From Eledone cirrhosa (taxonomy: Eukaryota), in contig OZ024741.1 in assembly GCA_964016885.1 (NCBI GenBank), positions 298,468,001-298,532,000 of the forward strand: DNA of 64,000 bases, given 5' to 3'. Below are positions 41,810-57,590 of this stretch, piece by piece. A program made the translations under genes and the position numbers. The number at the start of each line of letters is the position of its first letter. Positions within the stretch are counted from its first letter, which is position 1. The notes beneath the pieces were generated by a model. That model was not told the DNA's origin, made no database searches, and saw nothing but the letters and a program-made list of their open reading frames with translations.

Positions 41810-41859
41810 TATATATATTATATATATATTGTATGTGTATATGTGTAAATATGTGTATA

Positions 41860-41922
<63 letters not shown>

Positions 41923-42777
41923 ATATATGTATATCTGTGTGTGTATGTATATGTGTATGCGTATGTATGTGTTTATGTATTTGTATATGTATATTTATGT
42001 GTGAGAGTATGTGTATGTATTTATTTCTACGTATGTATGTGTACGTGCGTTTGTGTGTATTGCTTACCACGTGTGTTTGTTCATTTATTTCCTGCTTGTA
42101 TCGCAGTCAACACTATAATAATCGTTATATTCATTTTAATTTTTTTTATTAATATATTATATATTTTTTCTTATATTTATTTGTGTGTGTGAGAATGTAG
42201 GTGTGTGTATATATTTCTATATTTGTGCATGCGTAGGTATACGTGTATATATGTGTGTATGTATGTGTATGTATGTACGTGTGTATGTATGATTGTGTGT
42301 ATGTATGCATGTGTATGTATATATGTATGTATATGTATATGTATGTATATATATGTATGCATGTGTGCGTGTGTATATATATGTATGTGTGTGTGTGTAT
42401 GTATATATATGTTTATGTATATATATATATATATGTATGCATGTATATGTGTGTGCGTGTGTGTGTGTGTATGCACGTTTGTGTATTTGTATGTATGTGT
42501 ATGTATGGATATGTTGATATTTCTGTGTGTATGTATGTATGTGTATATGTATGTGTATGGATATATATACACATATATATATATGTGTGTGTGTGTGTAT
42601 GTATGTGTGTATGTATATATATATGTGTGTATGTATATATTTGTGTGTGTGTATGTGTGTGTGTGTGTTTGCATGTGTGTTTTTATTTTTCCTTCCCTTC
42701 TTCCTTTTCCAGCCTCACTTTCATATAGATTATATTTTTGTTTTTAAAATCCAACGCCAATAAATACACCAGGATTT

Positions 42778-42838
42778 TTTCATTCTGATGATTGAAAGCA
42801 ACTTTTTTTTGCTTTTAAGAAACCACTGGTAAATGAAA
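42778..42838 (+). ncRNA. Type I hammerhead motif
   Basis: tttcatt CTGATGA ttgaaagcaa..ttgcttttaa GAAAC cactg GTA aatgaaa; ~30 nt before a TA tract. Confidence 0.85.
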
Positions 42839-43029
42839 TAATCGCCTTATGTTGTTTATTACATAACTATATATATATATAATATATATATAATATATAT
42901 ATATGTATATATATATATCGAGTACTCAATACTTAGGGTAGTAGATTGGGTGATAGGAAAAAGTATGACCCCGACGGTTGAGCTCAAGCCGTTTAGACGG
43001 CTATTTCTTGACTGAGTCCAGAAATATAT

Positions 43030-44153
<1,124 letters not shown>

Positions 44154-44473
44154 GCTTTAACACCCTACACAAAATATGTTTATTTCAACTGCATTATAAC
44201 TCTTTCCTCATACATGCCTTATTTACTGTATTGACTCCTGCATTGTACACCAATTTTCCTTGCTTATAAATTTTTTGCCTGTATTTTTTTGCTTGTGCTT
44301 TTTACTTATACCTCTTACACTTCCAACCAGTGCTGCCTGTAATTGTGTTCTTTCAAGCTGAACATCTTTTTAACTCCTGACTCTCCACATGATACCTATG
44401 ACACTAATAACAATTATGTGCCCTAAATATTCTAAATGACTAGGATTTTAGTTACACGTTTCGACATTCCTTA

Positions 44474-44520
44474 TGCTCCGATGATTCCAGACTTCACTCT
44501 GGAAGAAACAATTGTCAGCA
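44474..44520 (+). ncRNA. Hammerhead motif with CCGATGA (U4C) core
   Basis: tgct CCGATGA ttccaga-cttcac-tctggaa GAAAC aatt GTC agca. Confidence 0.8.
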
Positions 44521-45337
44521 ACTAAATGTTCTAAACTAAAATGTGATCGTTTTAACACTTTGTATCTCGGCTCTGTAAAACACTTGAAAATTTGCATTGA
44601 GCCTTTTGTCATACCGGTAACCGGCTAGTACTTAGTACTACCCTACATATTTATAGTTATATCAAACATATATAAATATAAATATTCTTATTACTATATA
44701 TGAATGTATGTATGTTTGTGTAAATGTATATGTGTGAATGTATGTATGTTTGTGTGGAAGTATGTGTGAATGTATGTATGTTTGAGTGAAAGTATGTGTG
44801 AATGTATGTAAATTTGTGTGAAAGTATACCCTCCCATCTCCAATTAAACCGAACGCTATGATGACTGTATGTGTGTGTTTGTGTAAATGAATATGTGTGA
44901 AATGCATATGTATGTATGTTTGCGTGAAAGTATGTGTGGGAATGTATGTATATTTGTGTGAAAGTATGTATGTTTGTGTGAATTATGTCCGTGAGAGTGT
45001 ATTTTTATAAGTTTGTGTTTGCGCGATTATAGTTATATATACTCATAATAGTTATATACTCATACATATAGATGTATGTATGTGCACAATCATATGCGTC
45101 AGGTGTAGAAAATCATAATCTCTCTATCTCTCTGATCACACTCTCTCTTTCTATATATATGGTAGTTGAAATAGTGGTGGTGACGATATACCGGAAGTGC
45201 AACTTTGAAAAGAAGTCAATTTAAAATTATTTATTTTTACGAAATTATTTTTGTTGACGAAATTGAGTACATAAATTATGTAATATTCATTCATTATTTA
45301 TTCAAAGTAATGAATGAATATTACATAATTTCTTAGG

Positions 45338-45510
45338 ACGGTGAATTAGCAGTATCGCCATGATTTCTAGCTTAGTTACGTCCCTTTACAGTCTGAGTTC
45401 AAATCCCGCCGAGGTTAACTTTGCCTTTCATCCTTACGGGGTCGATAAAATAAAGTACCAGTAATGTACTGGGTAATTGCTGACCTTGTGTCTAAAGCAG
45501 AAACAATTAT
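45338..45510 (+). mobile_element. tRNA-derived SINE
   Basis: B-box gagttcaaatccc plus the shared core. Confidence 0.85.
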
Positions 45511-46028
45511 TTATTCAAAGTAATCCAACTTATTTTACAAACGGGATAAAAAAAACCAAAACCGTACGCAATCCCGCAGACCTTCCTTTATTATAGTTTA
45601 TATATATATATATTGTTATACATTTGGAGGTTCATGCTGCCAATAAAAACGCACGCACCTGTTGGTTTCCTACAGGATGGTGTAGAACAGAACAAAGGAG
45701 AGACACACATTAACAAATTAATCATTGAGGGGTGGGCGCGGGAGATCACAGAATGAATGTGTGACGAAAGATCTTTGACAATAAATGAATAAACAACCAT
45801 CTAGTTATTAAACTAAGCAACTGGAAGTTTATAGTAAATTGAAGTGAAAGGTATTATGTGCATGTGTTTTTACTGGCAACGTGACCCTCCCAAAGTATTA
45901 CATTATCTGTTCCAGCACTTGTTTTCAGATAAGAAACCTTCCAAAACAATATAAAATATAAAAACGATATATATATATATATATATTGATAGAAAGATTT
46001 GAATGGATACAGTTTAGTTGAAAGGAAT

Positions 46029-46149
46029 TTATTGACACGTGTTTCTATAACAGTTACATAACCTGAAAACAGCTGCTATCTACAAACTTTTAGTTATGCA
46101 GACATTCAATATTTCAATGTTATTATTTACTGTCATTTCATCAGAATAA
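46029..46149 (-). ncRNA. Hammerhead motif with ~92 nt stem II
   Basis: ttatt CTGATGA aatgacagt...actgttata GAAAC acgt GTC aataa; canonical core, palindromic stem III, GUC triplet. Confidence 0.8.
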
Positions 46150-46711
46150 TATTACTGAGGACCTATTTAGTTTTTATAGAGAATATTAGGAGGGAGGGGT
46201 GAAGTTGTTAGAAGAATAGTTGAAGGAGTGGTTTTTCGATAGAAGTGAGAATTCTTGGTGGCAGTGAGTAATTAGATTCCCATCTGTTGTTTTGACATTT
46301 TTTATAGAATATATTATTAGTTATTTTTCTAAATCTATAGAAGGATTAGAGATAGTAAAGATATGCGTGGTTGGTTTTGTGTTTGCACTTAATTAACATT
46401 CAGACTTAAATTTTTCTTTCAAGTGTACGTATCCTTTCACCCACGCATTCACACACAAATATATTTGCACACCTCTACAAAATACATATACTCACAATTC
46501 ACATATTCATACTTACATACATATACACATGCATACACATATATATACACACATGTATTCATGTACATACATACGCGCTCATGTGTATACATTTTCATAC
46601 TCAACTTATCTTTATATACACACGTATAGACACACACATATATACATACATACTCTAGTCCATGTGTACACACATACACATACATACACATCTATATACA
46701 CATATATATAT

Positions 46712-46750
<39 letters not shown>

Positions 46751-47017
46751 CACTTTAATACATGAATACACTTACATCTAACTATACACATCAAACATAT
46801 ATATATATTTACTTATTTATATACATTTTCACATATATATACATACTTATGGACGTTTTTAGACACATTCATTATCGCATATTTGCACCTATTCTCATCA
46901 GCATATCTTTCCATTATTAGTGTGGTAATTTAAGGTTATTAATATATGTTGAGAAGAGATTGTTTTTATATTTTTCTAACTAGATTAAGGTTTATATAGT
47001 TGGGGGATGTCCCTCTT

Positions 47018-49339
47018 TTATGTAATATTCGGCTTGTAGTGGGAAAAAAGGGTTTTAGTTCTGTGACGGCAGAATAATGTTCGTTCAATTCTGTTATTCA
47101 GCAGTTTCTTCTTGTGTGTGATTATGTAATAAATCTCAAGATTACACAATTTGCAGAAATTTTGGCTCCTGGAAAAGCTTTGGGTTTTAGCTAATTTCTC
47201 CCATTTTAGGGTAAACTTTTGATCGCTATCCCTGAGTGTCCAAGCTTTTTCTGCTAAAGTTGTTACATTTCTTTGGCTCTGGTGTTTTATTGAGTAAGAA
47301 TGCCTATACAATCGAGATTTAAACGATGTTGCCGTTGATCCCACGTAATACCACTCGTTGCCTCCGGATTTAATGGTACACTTATAAATAATATTTTTTT
47401 CCAGCCAGTTATTGCCGAGGGGGCAGTTGTCAGGATAGGTGCAGTTACAGTTGTGAACGTTGGGTTTTCTCTGGAGTAGTATTGCGGACGAACTTAGGTG
47501 TGGTTTATTTATGTTCTGTAGTGTATTGTCTACTGTTTTTTTTGTGTTCTTTGTACTTAAGTTCTTAGTGTTTTCGTTTAACCTTCTAGTATTGATCTTT
47601 TTTATGTGTTGTTCAAGGTTTAACGCTGTAGAGTATGACAGTCTTATAGTGGTAGGGTTTAGAATTTTGTGGTATTTGTGTGATGTGGGAAAATGTCTTT
47701 TAATTATTTTAAAGAAGAGTACTGGTAAATTTGTACTAATGGAACTATTGTATTCGGGGTTATACCATAAGTACTCTTTGCATCGCTTTCTATTAGTTTT
47801 GTTTGTTGGTTTACTGGTGTGCATACTATGGTAGTAAGTGTGGTTTGGTGTTGTGTTATTATATCTACCTATGTGGGATTTATTTTGGGTGTTTTGATTG
47901 TTCCCATCTATGTACTCTATTTTGTTGAGGTAGCCTGCTTTACTAAGGGCGTTATCGTAGTACTCGGCGTGTTCCTTAAATACTTGTATGTTAGAAGATA
48001 GACCCGAGATTCTAAGGGAAATATTTTTAGGGATAGATTTAATTATAGAGATGGGGTGGTTAGACCCAACATTTACGTATTTGAGATTTTCATTCAATTT
48101 ATGAAACGGTTTAATCAAACCAGAGTTTAAATTGAGTGTGACATCCAGGAAGTTAACTACTTTAAGGTTGTATTCATATGTTATAGTTAGTCCTATTTCG
48201 AGTAGTAGTTTTCTTATATCTTTGCGTAGTTTTTCTAGTTTTTGGTTATTAAGGTTTTTAGCTAGGAGGAGAACATCGTCGCGGTATATTCCGCCATGGA
48301 GATTGCTGAATTTTTCCTGGAGTCTAAAGGCGATAAATAACCCCACAATATCAGTTATTTCCGCCGAATCGTTAGAGCCCATTGTTATGTCAAAGTTAGA
48401 GGGTATATCTTTACGTACCCAATAACTGTTCTCAAATTTGACTATAGTTTTCCTAGCTTCTAATATAATCTTAATTTCATCGTTTGTAAGGTCAGAGTTA
48501 TCCTTAGCAAACTTAATTGCTCTATTCAAAGTTTCAGGTGATATCGATGAGTAATATTCATCGATATCAAACTGGATAAACTTAGATTTATTCTTATTGC
48601 TAATGCTATTAAACAATCTTATTGCTTCTTGGGTCTTCCCCCAGAGTTTAATGTTAACCTTAGCCTTAATTTGGGGGATGATTCTATCTAAGATATATTT
48701 GCTTATTTTACCTATATCTGATTTAGAGGGGCAGATTAATCTAATTTTAGGGTCATTATCAAAGTTTACCTTGTGGTCCTTAAGATTGAAGGTGGGTACC
48801 GCCGGTAAGAGTGGTCCTGTCCTATCTTCGATTCCGAGATTTTTCACTTTTTCGCATGCCTCATCATTGATGTGCTTAAGGGTTACTTCACTCGTTTTTC
48901 GATATTTTTTATGTAATTCTTTTCGAATGAAGTTGTTGTATGTAGTGCAATCCATAGTGTACAGGTTTGATGTTTTGTCCGCTTTTACTACAATTCCTTT
49001 GGTGTTTTTAAGGTCGTCCAGTAGTTTTTTTATATCTTTCTGTAATTTGCTGTTGGTGTTGCGTCCTTTGAATTTAATTTTAAGGATTAAGTTCATAAGG
49101 TCCTGCTCAAATGCATCTAATAGTGGGTTGGTGGGTGGGTTTTTACAAGTCCTAAAACCGAATTTGTTGTTTACACCACTTTCTAATGTTGAGTTCATAC
49201 GGCTTCTATCATAGTGGAGCGTTTTCCACCTGACACGTCGAATGAATTCATTAGTTTTTTGAATCATACTCAATAAATATTCCTTTCTACCTTGGGTTGG
49301 TATGTTTTTGAGTGACATATCCAGGTAGTGTTTTTCCAT
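47018..49339 (-). CDS. PLE polyprotein: reverse transcriptase + Zn finger + GIY-YIG endonuclease (773 aa)
   Basis: SLKNIP N-terminus, KADKT, LKDHK..RLI.P, QFDI..YY.SI, FDITMGS.D, YRDD, NFLDVTL, SNHP, CNC..CPL, IYKC..YVG, CKLC..E, CRH; no internal stop. Confidence 0.95.
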   Translation of the reverse strand: MEKHYLDMSLKNIPTQGRKEYLLSMIQKTNEFIRRVRWKTLHYDRSRMNSTLESGVNNKFGFRTCKNPPTNPLLDAFEQDLMNLILKIKFKGRNTNSKLQKDIKKLLDDLKNTKGIVVKADKTSNLYTMDCTTYNNFIRKELHKKYRKTSEVTLKHINDEACEKVKNLGIEDRTGPLLPAVPTFNLKDHKVNFDNDPKIRLICPSKSDIGKISKYILDRIIPQIKAKVNIKLWGKTQEAIRLFNSISNKNKSKFIQFDIDEYYSSISPETLNRAIKFAKDNSDLTNDEIKIILEARKTIVKFENSYWVRKDIPSNFDITMGSNDSAEITDIVGLFIAFRLQEKFSNLHGGIYRDDVLLLAKNLNNQKLEKLRKDIRKLLLEIGLTITYEYNLKVVNFLDVTLNLNSGLIKPFHKLNENLKYVNVGSNHPISIIKSIPKNISLRISGLSSNIQVFKEHAEYYDNALSKAGYLNKIEYIDGNNQNTQNKSHIGRYNNTTPNHTYYHSMHTSKPTNKTNRKRCKEYLWYNPEYNSSISTNLPVLFFKIIKRHFPTSHKYHKILNPTTIRLSYSTALNLEQHIKKINTRRLNENTKNLSTKNTKKTVDNTLQNINKPHLSSSAILLQRKPNVHNCNCTYPDNCPLGNNWLEKNIIYKCTIKSGGNEWYYVGSTATSFKSRLYRHSYSIKHQSQRNVTTLAEKAWTLRDSDQKFTLKWEKLAKTQSFSRSQNFCKLCNLEIYYIITHKKKLLNNRIERTLFCRHRTKTLFSHYKPNIT

Positions 49340-49654
49340 TGTTGTGGTTGCGTTTGCTGTGTGGGTTGCTCGACTTTACAGGAGGTAAATATACAGTATT
49401 TTCCGTTGTGTTGTAATATAAATATTACACACAGTAGATTATCAGCTCACGTAGAGTTTGCTCGTCGAGCAAACTCTACGTGAGCTGATAATCTACTGTG
49501 TGTAATATTTATATTACAACACAACGGAAAATACTGTATATATATATTGATATATATTTTTAAGTATATATATATATATATATATATTGATATATATTTT
49601 TAAGTATGTATATATATATATATATTTATATATATGAATATATATATATATTTA

Positions 49655-49730
<76 letters not shown>

Positions 49731-49896
49731 TATATATATATTCATATATATAAATATATATATATATATATACTTAAAAATGTATGTATATATATATATA
49801 TATATATATTGATATATATTTTTAAGTATGTATATATATATATAAATATATATATATATTCATCTATATAAATATATATATATATACTTGAAAATG

Positions 49897-49927
<31 letters not shown>

Positions 49928-50072
49928 TGATATATATTTTTAAGTATGTATATATATATATATTTATATATATGAATATATATATATATTTATATATATA
50001 TATATATATATATATAAATATATATATTTATTCATATATATAAATATATATATATATATATACTTCAAAATG

Positions 50073-50153
<81 letters not shown>

Positions 50154-51896
50154 CTATAGTTCCTCACGTATATGTACATGCACGCGCGTGTATATAACGT
50201 TTTCCTATGCAATAATGGTATTAATGGATTTCCTGGGAAATCTAGTATGTTAAAATCTTCACGAAAATCCGAAATCTAAATTTCCTTAGCATTGTACAAC
50301 CATACAATTGAATACACACCCGCAAGTATACACACTTATACACATGCAATAATATTATGACACATTACTTCAATAGAAGCAGTTCGCATTATCGTATTTG
50401 AGAAACATGTTCTGGACAGAGTTTTAATTCCACTATTCATACAACTAATGGTACATTAATTCTCTGGCGAAATAGGTTGAGATAATGAAGTACAAATTTG
50501 CTGAACTCACTGGAAAAAAAATGAACAAAGGCTTGGTTTGACTTAATGACGTAACCGATGTCCTTCGCATACTTAATATTGTGAATGCAGCATGGCCGAC
50601 TGCTTAACAAGTTCGGTTCTCAGTCATTAGGTCTCGTGTTTTGGAGTTTATTTTAAGGAAATTTTTGAACTCTACAAATCTTTGAAGCTGGTATCATTAC
50701 CTTGATATTCTCCATTACAAATGTTTCTCAGACCCAGTGTTTGACATTCTCCGAATCTGAGAAACATTTATAATGGCTATTTTAATTCTTTTAACTATCA
50801 TTTACTGTGTAAGCGCATGTAGTATCTTATACAAAATGTAAACTTACTGCACAAAATTAGATTTAGAACTACCTATGCAGGGCTCAAATGCATGTTAAAA
50901 TAATTAATGCCGGGTAATTCAAAATAACCACATGGGAAATTTATCATAGCCTCAGATCGACCTATGCTTTGTGAATAGAATGAAGTAACAGAAAATGTTT
51001 GGAAGCCTGTCGGATGAACTGTATCTCTAATTCAAAGAGTCAACATTGTCACACACCGTATTTCGCTGAATCTCTGTGAGAATTACTTTAATGCGACAAG
51101 TGTTTATGGAATGCTCTGTCACTTACTCGTTAATTTCACGAGCAGGTTGTTCCGTTGATAGATCAACTGGAACACTCACCGTCGAAAACGACGGAGGTTC
51201 ATCCCGTGAGGGTTAAGATTTTTCACTCTCAATTTTGTCATCGTATTATATATGGGCAGTAACAAACATAATTAAAAGAACACATAAATAAACGAATAGA
51301 AAATCAACTCTACGATACGGTATTCGTATTTAATGAAATTAGCAAACAAATATTGGTATTGGAGCACCTCTAAATCATGTTTTAGTCAACATTACTGTGT
51401 TAATATTAGATAATTAAATAAAATTAATTGGCACAAATGGTTAATAACAGAACTGATTAATAAAAAGATATAATCTCAAAGTCCGAACATTTTATTCTAT
51501 TATTCTTTCATTCTTTTACGTGTTCCATCCGACAGGCTGAGGCCATGCTGGGGCACCGCCATTTTCTATTCTTTTCCTATTGAAGTTGTTTTTTTAAATT
51601 TAATTTCTTACAGGTATTCTATATATTTTTTTCCGAATCCCAATGATCAACATTAGACCGAAGACATAATTCCGATATACATAGTCTTAAACCCTTGAAT
51701 GACACAGCCACTCCAGGGTACTCCGTCACAGCCACTCCTGTGTACGTTTATCGTATATAGATTTCCCCACGCGAAAAATTGAAGTTGATGTTGTGACACA
51801 GCAGTCTACTCATCAATTCTATAGTGCTGGCGTTGTTTACAACGGTAAATTATGCTTCATTACGATAAGTACATAGATCCACGTGAACATCATATA

Positions 51897-52297
51897 AATA
51901 ATTGTTTCTACTTTTGGCACAAGGCCAGCAATTACCCAGTACATTACTGGTACTTTATTTTATCGACCCCGTAAGGATGAAAGGCAAAGTTAACCTCGGC
52001 GGGATTTGAACTCAGACCGTAAAGGGACGTAACTATGCTGGAAAGCATGGCGTCCGACTCTCTACTGATACTGCCAATATAAATAATGATTTCTTGCATA
52101 GACACAAGGAGGCCAGCAATTTGGGGGAGGGAGAAAGTCGATTAAATCTCCCCAGTGTATTAGTGGTGCTTTATTTTATCGACCCCGTAAGGATGAAAGG
52201 CAAAGCTAACCTCGGCGGGATTTGAACTCAAAACAAAGAGCTGTAACTATATGCCACAAAACATATTGTCCGACGCTCTACCGATACTGCCAATCCA
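51897..52297 (-). mobile_element. Two adjacent tRNA-derived SINE copies
   Basis: 51897-52078 and 52085-52297, with the shared core and boxes. Confidence 0.85.
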
Positions 52298-52751
52298 CCG
52301 GCCTCAGATTCCAAATAAATAATGAGAAAGTTATATTACAAAATTCCACCATACCATTGATTACATTCAAATTGCTTTGAAAATCATAGGCAGTGTATCT
52401 AAAGAGAAATTAGGCAATGAAACGGTTAAAAAGTTTGCTCCAAGCATTGTAGTATTGTACTTTCCATGATGTCATTTAATTTATATAAATCACGATATAG
52501 ATTTGTCAGTTGTTATTGAAATATGTTTTACGTTAAAAACCTTAATCATTACATGACTATTAATTATATTTCTATATTGTTTCTTTTACTGTGCAGTTCA
52601 TTACAACTTTATTCCAGTTCATGAGCATCATGGTTCTCTTTCGGAAAGAGGATTATGTCGTGAGAAGTGCATAAATAACTCCCCTTCTCCGTTCATGTTC
52701 ATTCTCTTTTCATGCCCCAAGCTCACACTAAGAGTATATAAATATAACCTC

Positions 52752-53247
<496 letters not shown>

Positions 53248-53467
53248 TATAGTATTTACGTATCGAGAAAGAGAGAAAAAACGAGGGATAGGTGATACAT
53301 ATAGTTATTTGCCAAGTAGCGTATGCCAAAGGTGCTCGATACTAGTGCCGGCAGTATTAAATATTCGAAGTGTTAATATTTAGTGGGCTAGAGAGTTAGC
53401 AGAGCGTAAGCACGTGGGAAAGTGAAAAATCGGAGAATAGACCGTTAAAACATGTTTATTGAAAATA

Positions 53468-53509
53468 TCACCTACGTACGTTTCGCCCAGTTGGGCTTCT
53501 CAAGGGCAT
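53468..53509 (-). ncRNA. Hammerhead motif, U3-A8 core
   Basis: cc TTGAGAA gccc-aact-gggc GAAAC gtac GTA gg; weak stem I; 3' of a GIY-YIG remnant on the same strand. Confidence 0.7.
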
Positions 53510-53758
53510 AAACAGTCACAAGTGTTCCTTATATAGTTTGGAAAGAGTTTTGGGGGTTAAATCGACATCAAGATTCATTGTTCGCAAAAATATCCTGTTT
53601 TGATTTTGCAGCAGGTCAAGGGAGGTAACTTTGGCCGGTGTTAGGGCAGTCTTTCCCGGATAATTTTTGGTATGCAAGGATCGTTTTCTGGGTGTTATTT
53701 TGCTGCGCCTTCCCGCCGGGGTGTTAAGACTTGTTGCAGGGAGATCCAGTGTGTTATT

Positions 53759-54244
53759 TCACTCTCCATTCTTAACCCATCTAAAGAAGGATATTTTTAA
53801 GCGATGTGTACAACTTATCGCTGTTTCAGCTCTGCTGTTGATGAGCTCGTGGGGTGCAGTTATGATGTGGTAGAGCTCCATGAGGCAAAGATCGCATTTC
53901 CTCTTGAAGTTGTACGGTGCAGTCCTGTCGACAATCTCCCAGTGTGTGGAGAAGCTAATGTTTAAGTCCTTTAGTGATGTGATGTAGTCCGCGAGCGAGG
54001 TGGAGTGCCTTAGTTTTCTATTTGTGAAAGAGTGGAGATGTGTTCGAAACCTAATTTTGAACGGGCCGGAGGTGGCCCCTATATAATGTTTAACGCTATT
54101 GTGGCTAGTAATAGTGCATCTATATATAACCCTATCGGTCAAGCAGTATCCTCTAAGGGGGCACCGTCCTCTGTCGCGGCAGTTGCAATTTCTGTCGCTG
54201 TTCCGTCTATTTCCCACGATAAGGCTATCATTGTTGCTGGACAA
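53759..54244 (-). pseudogene. Naiad-type Zn finger + GIY-YIG remnant
   Basis: CNCRDRGRCPLRGYCL, IYRC..YIG, CDLCLME, CTH; open for 161 aa. Confidence 0.88.
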
Positions 54245-55503
54245 ATTTATTCAGTTGCTGCAGACATAGATTGAACTCAACTTTTAAATATAAATATAAA
54301 TTTAAAATGTAGTATATTTACTTATGATTTGTAATTATCTATGAAACTCGCCGATAAATCTTTCGATTTCTTTTTTTTAAACATTCTTCATGAATAATTA
54401 AACTACCCTAAAAGCTGATGCTCCAAATATATCGAATAAATTTTACACTAGATAAACTTCTATAATAAATATAAGACCATCTGTAGATCAAATGGGTATC
54501 CTAAACTTTTGGAATGATTTCTGCTAGACAGGATTTGGTAAATAATTTTGGTTTTGTTTGCTTTTGATTCTGATGCTTATAATGAACTTGGCAATATATT
54601 GTCAATTAATTTTGAAGGGTTGATTTCTGTGGTTGATTTGCGGGGCATACTGTGTTTTATTTTTAATATTTTTTAATTTTTTAATATTTTTATTGATATA
54701 TTGATATCTGTTGTCTATTTATGCTTGAACGATAATCATGTAGAGTAAAGACAAGAATAGTATTGTTAAAATTAATGTAGATTCTATATATATTTGTGTG
54801 TATGTACACATATATGTATACTAGAATTTTTATAGCACAATGAGAATGTTTTCATGTGAAATAGGAATTTGCAGAGTTGATCACGTAAATTCACATGGAA
54901 GTCTATAGTATCGAATCTGGGATAACCTTCTATTTTCTTTTTCTTTTTTCATGAAAGTGCATATATACTTATGTATTTCAATTTTTTTTGAAGTTTTTTA
55001 TCTCAGTTTTTTTATCTGTTTTTTTATCTCGGTTTTTTAACTCAGTTCTGATTATAAACCTAGGAATTTTAAACTAGACATATGATCATTATTTTTCACA
55101 CATTATTGATACGTGTCTCATTCATGAATACTGATATTTACATTATAATACCTAATTCATACGAATTGATATTTTTAGATTGATGAAACATAATGTTTTA
55201 AATCTGCCTCGTTTATATATATTATACTCTTGATTTGGCCAGAGATGAATATTTCCAGATACCTTTTAAGTGTAACTTTCCGTATTTATTATTTCCATGA
55301 AATATTGATTGTTATTCTGGTATCATATCTCTGTTTTTAGCCTAAGAAAATACCTATATGCGTGTATAAATAATACATGCATATATTTATTTTTTAAAAA
55401 TCTAATTGAGTTCTTCACACGCAAGGTTAAAATTATTGAAAAAATTAATTGACCCGCGTGCATATTATTTTCTTTTCTTATGTTTTGCGATGACCTCCCC
55501 TTT

Positions 55504-55689
<186 letters not shown>

Positions 55690-55857
55690 TATATACATAT
55701 ATATATATACATACATATGTATATATTTATGCATATATATATGTATGCATATATATATGAATATATATATATGCATATATATATATATATATGTTTATAT
55801 ATATATGCATATATATATGCATATATATATACATATATATATATATATTATATATAT

Positions 55858-56655
55858 ATTAGGAAACTTAATTCCTTTAGCGTAAGTAGTAGATCTTTAA
55901 CTAATACTGGAACACCTAATAATGCTAGTGGCAGCAATATCTTGTTTGACAATAATACTATTAATGAATGTATTTCTACTCTTAATATCGCAAATGAAAC
56001 ACTCACTAATTTTGATAATAATTAAAGTCTCAGTGGTAGTGAAACTGGTACTTGGAATAATGATAGTATTGTTATTAATAATGTAAACACCCAAATCAAT
56101 AGTAGGGCGTCTAGAATAGATACTGAATTTAAGGAATTTGGTAAAAATAGGTATACTCGTACCACTAACATTTTTGCTGGTGGTGATCATAATAAGAGTA
56201 TAATCTATAATATTAGTTGACCTTTAGGGATTAAGTGTAATTGTAGAATTCCTAATAATTGCTCATTTGGGAGAAAATGTCTTAAAACTAATGTTATTCA
56301 TATATGTGAGGTTTCAACTAGTGATAATTGCTTTAATTATATATGTGCTACTGCCAATAAATTCAAAATTGGATTCTATCATCATACTCATTCTTTGAAA
56401 AAACAAGAAGCCGAAAAATACAACTTCTCTGGCAAAATTAAGCTGGTCCCTTAAGGAAGATTATAATATTAAATCGTCTCTAATTAATACTGCAAGGCCA
56501 TGTGGGGGAAATAGATCTACGTGTAATCTCTGTTTAACCAAGGCGTTTGAAATATTAATCTCCAATTTAAAGTTATTAAATACTTAAAATGAGATAATTC
56601 CTTTATGTCAACATAAAACACATTACTCCTTTTATAAAATTAAGGAACCTGACTA
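55858..56655 (+). pseudogene. Degraded Naiad-type GIY-YIG remnant
   Basis: From ~56234 reads KCNCRIPNNCSFGRKCLKTNVIHICEV..YICATANKFK..HTHS, then after a frameshift TTSLAKLSWSLK..CNLCLTK. Confidence 0.8.
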
Positions 56656-56697
56656 GAATTGTGCTTTATTTAGGGTTCACCTCCTTTTTTATGTATG

Positions 56698-56787
<90 letters not shown>

Positions 56788-56867
56788 TATATATACACAC
56801 ATATATATATATATATACATAAAAAAGGGAGTGAACCCTAAATAAAGCACAATTCTAGTCAGGTTCC

Positions 56868-56943
<76 letters not shown>

Positions 56944-57541
56944 TGTTGTCTCTCGCTCATGAAATCCACACAGCTCAAGCTGATCGGATTCCCATGTGCT
57001 TGTTTTTTCCTATCTTTGCGTTGCTATCCTTCTATGTTTGTTTACTTGTCTCGCTCGCTTTACGCGATTTACTTGTCCCAATAGCTTTATTTAGCTATTG
57101 CTTGCACCAACTGGAGGTATATGATTTTTAAAGCGATGAAATACCAATGAAGGTTGGAAAATCACTGATGAAGGACTATTTTTATCACATGTAACCCATG
57201 TGCAACCACGCAGTATTCACTCTTCTCATGTTTATATATATATATATATAAGTATGTACACGTACATACATATATGTATACAGACGTACAGTAGTATGTA
57301 TATATATATATATACATACATGCACACATATATATATGTACGTATGGATTCACCGAACATTTATTATAATGTTCAGTGAATCCATACGTACATATATATA
57401 TGTGATATGTGTGCATGTATGTATATATATATATACATACTACTGTACGTCTGTATACATATATGTATGTACGTGTACATAATTATATTTAAGTAACAGC
57501 CGTACTAAGAGTGGGAAATGAAATTTCGTTTCATTTTTTCC

Positions 57542-57590
<49 letters not shown>

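Larger units (their letters stand above)
45987..49541 (-). mobile_element. Near full-length Naiad-type Penelope-like retroelement
   Basis: 5' fold-back 49391-49541, 773-aa ORF, TG-rich 3' UTR, terminal HHR, TA repeats on both sides. Confidence 0.9.

Noticed and set aside
47460-49214. Plus-strand ORFs of 60-205 aa
   Set aside because: Antisense shadows of the PLE ORF with no recognisable motifs.
47018-49339. Selenocysteine-encoding Naiad (in-frame TGA + SECIS)
   Set aside because: There is no in-frame TGA; the altered Cys codon is TGG, and no convincing SECIS was seen by eye.
51614-51845. Exon-like segment with ag/gt borders
   Set aside because: Stops in all three frames across the full segment and no recognisable homology.
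57161-57230. CTGATGA
   Set aside because: No downstream GAAA or cleavage triplet.
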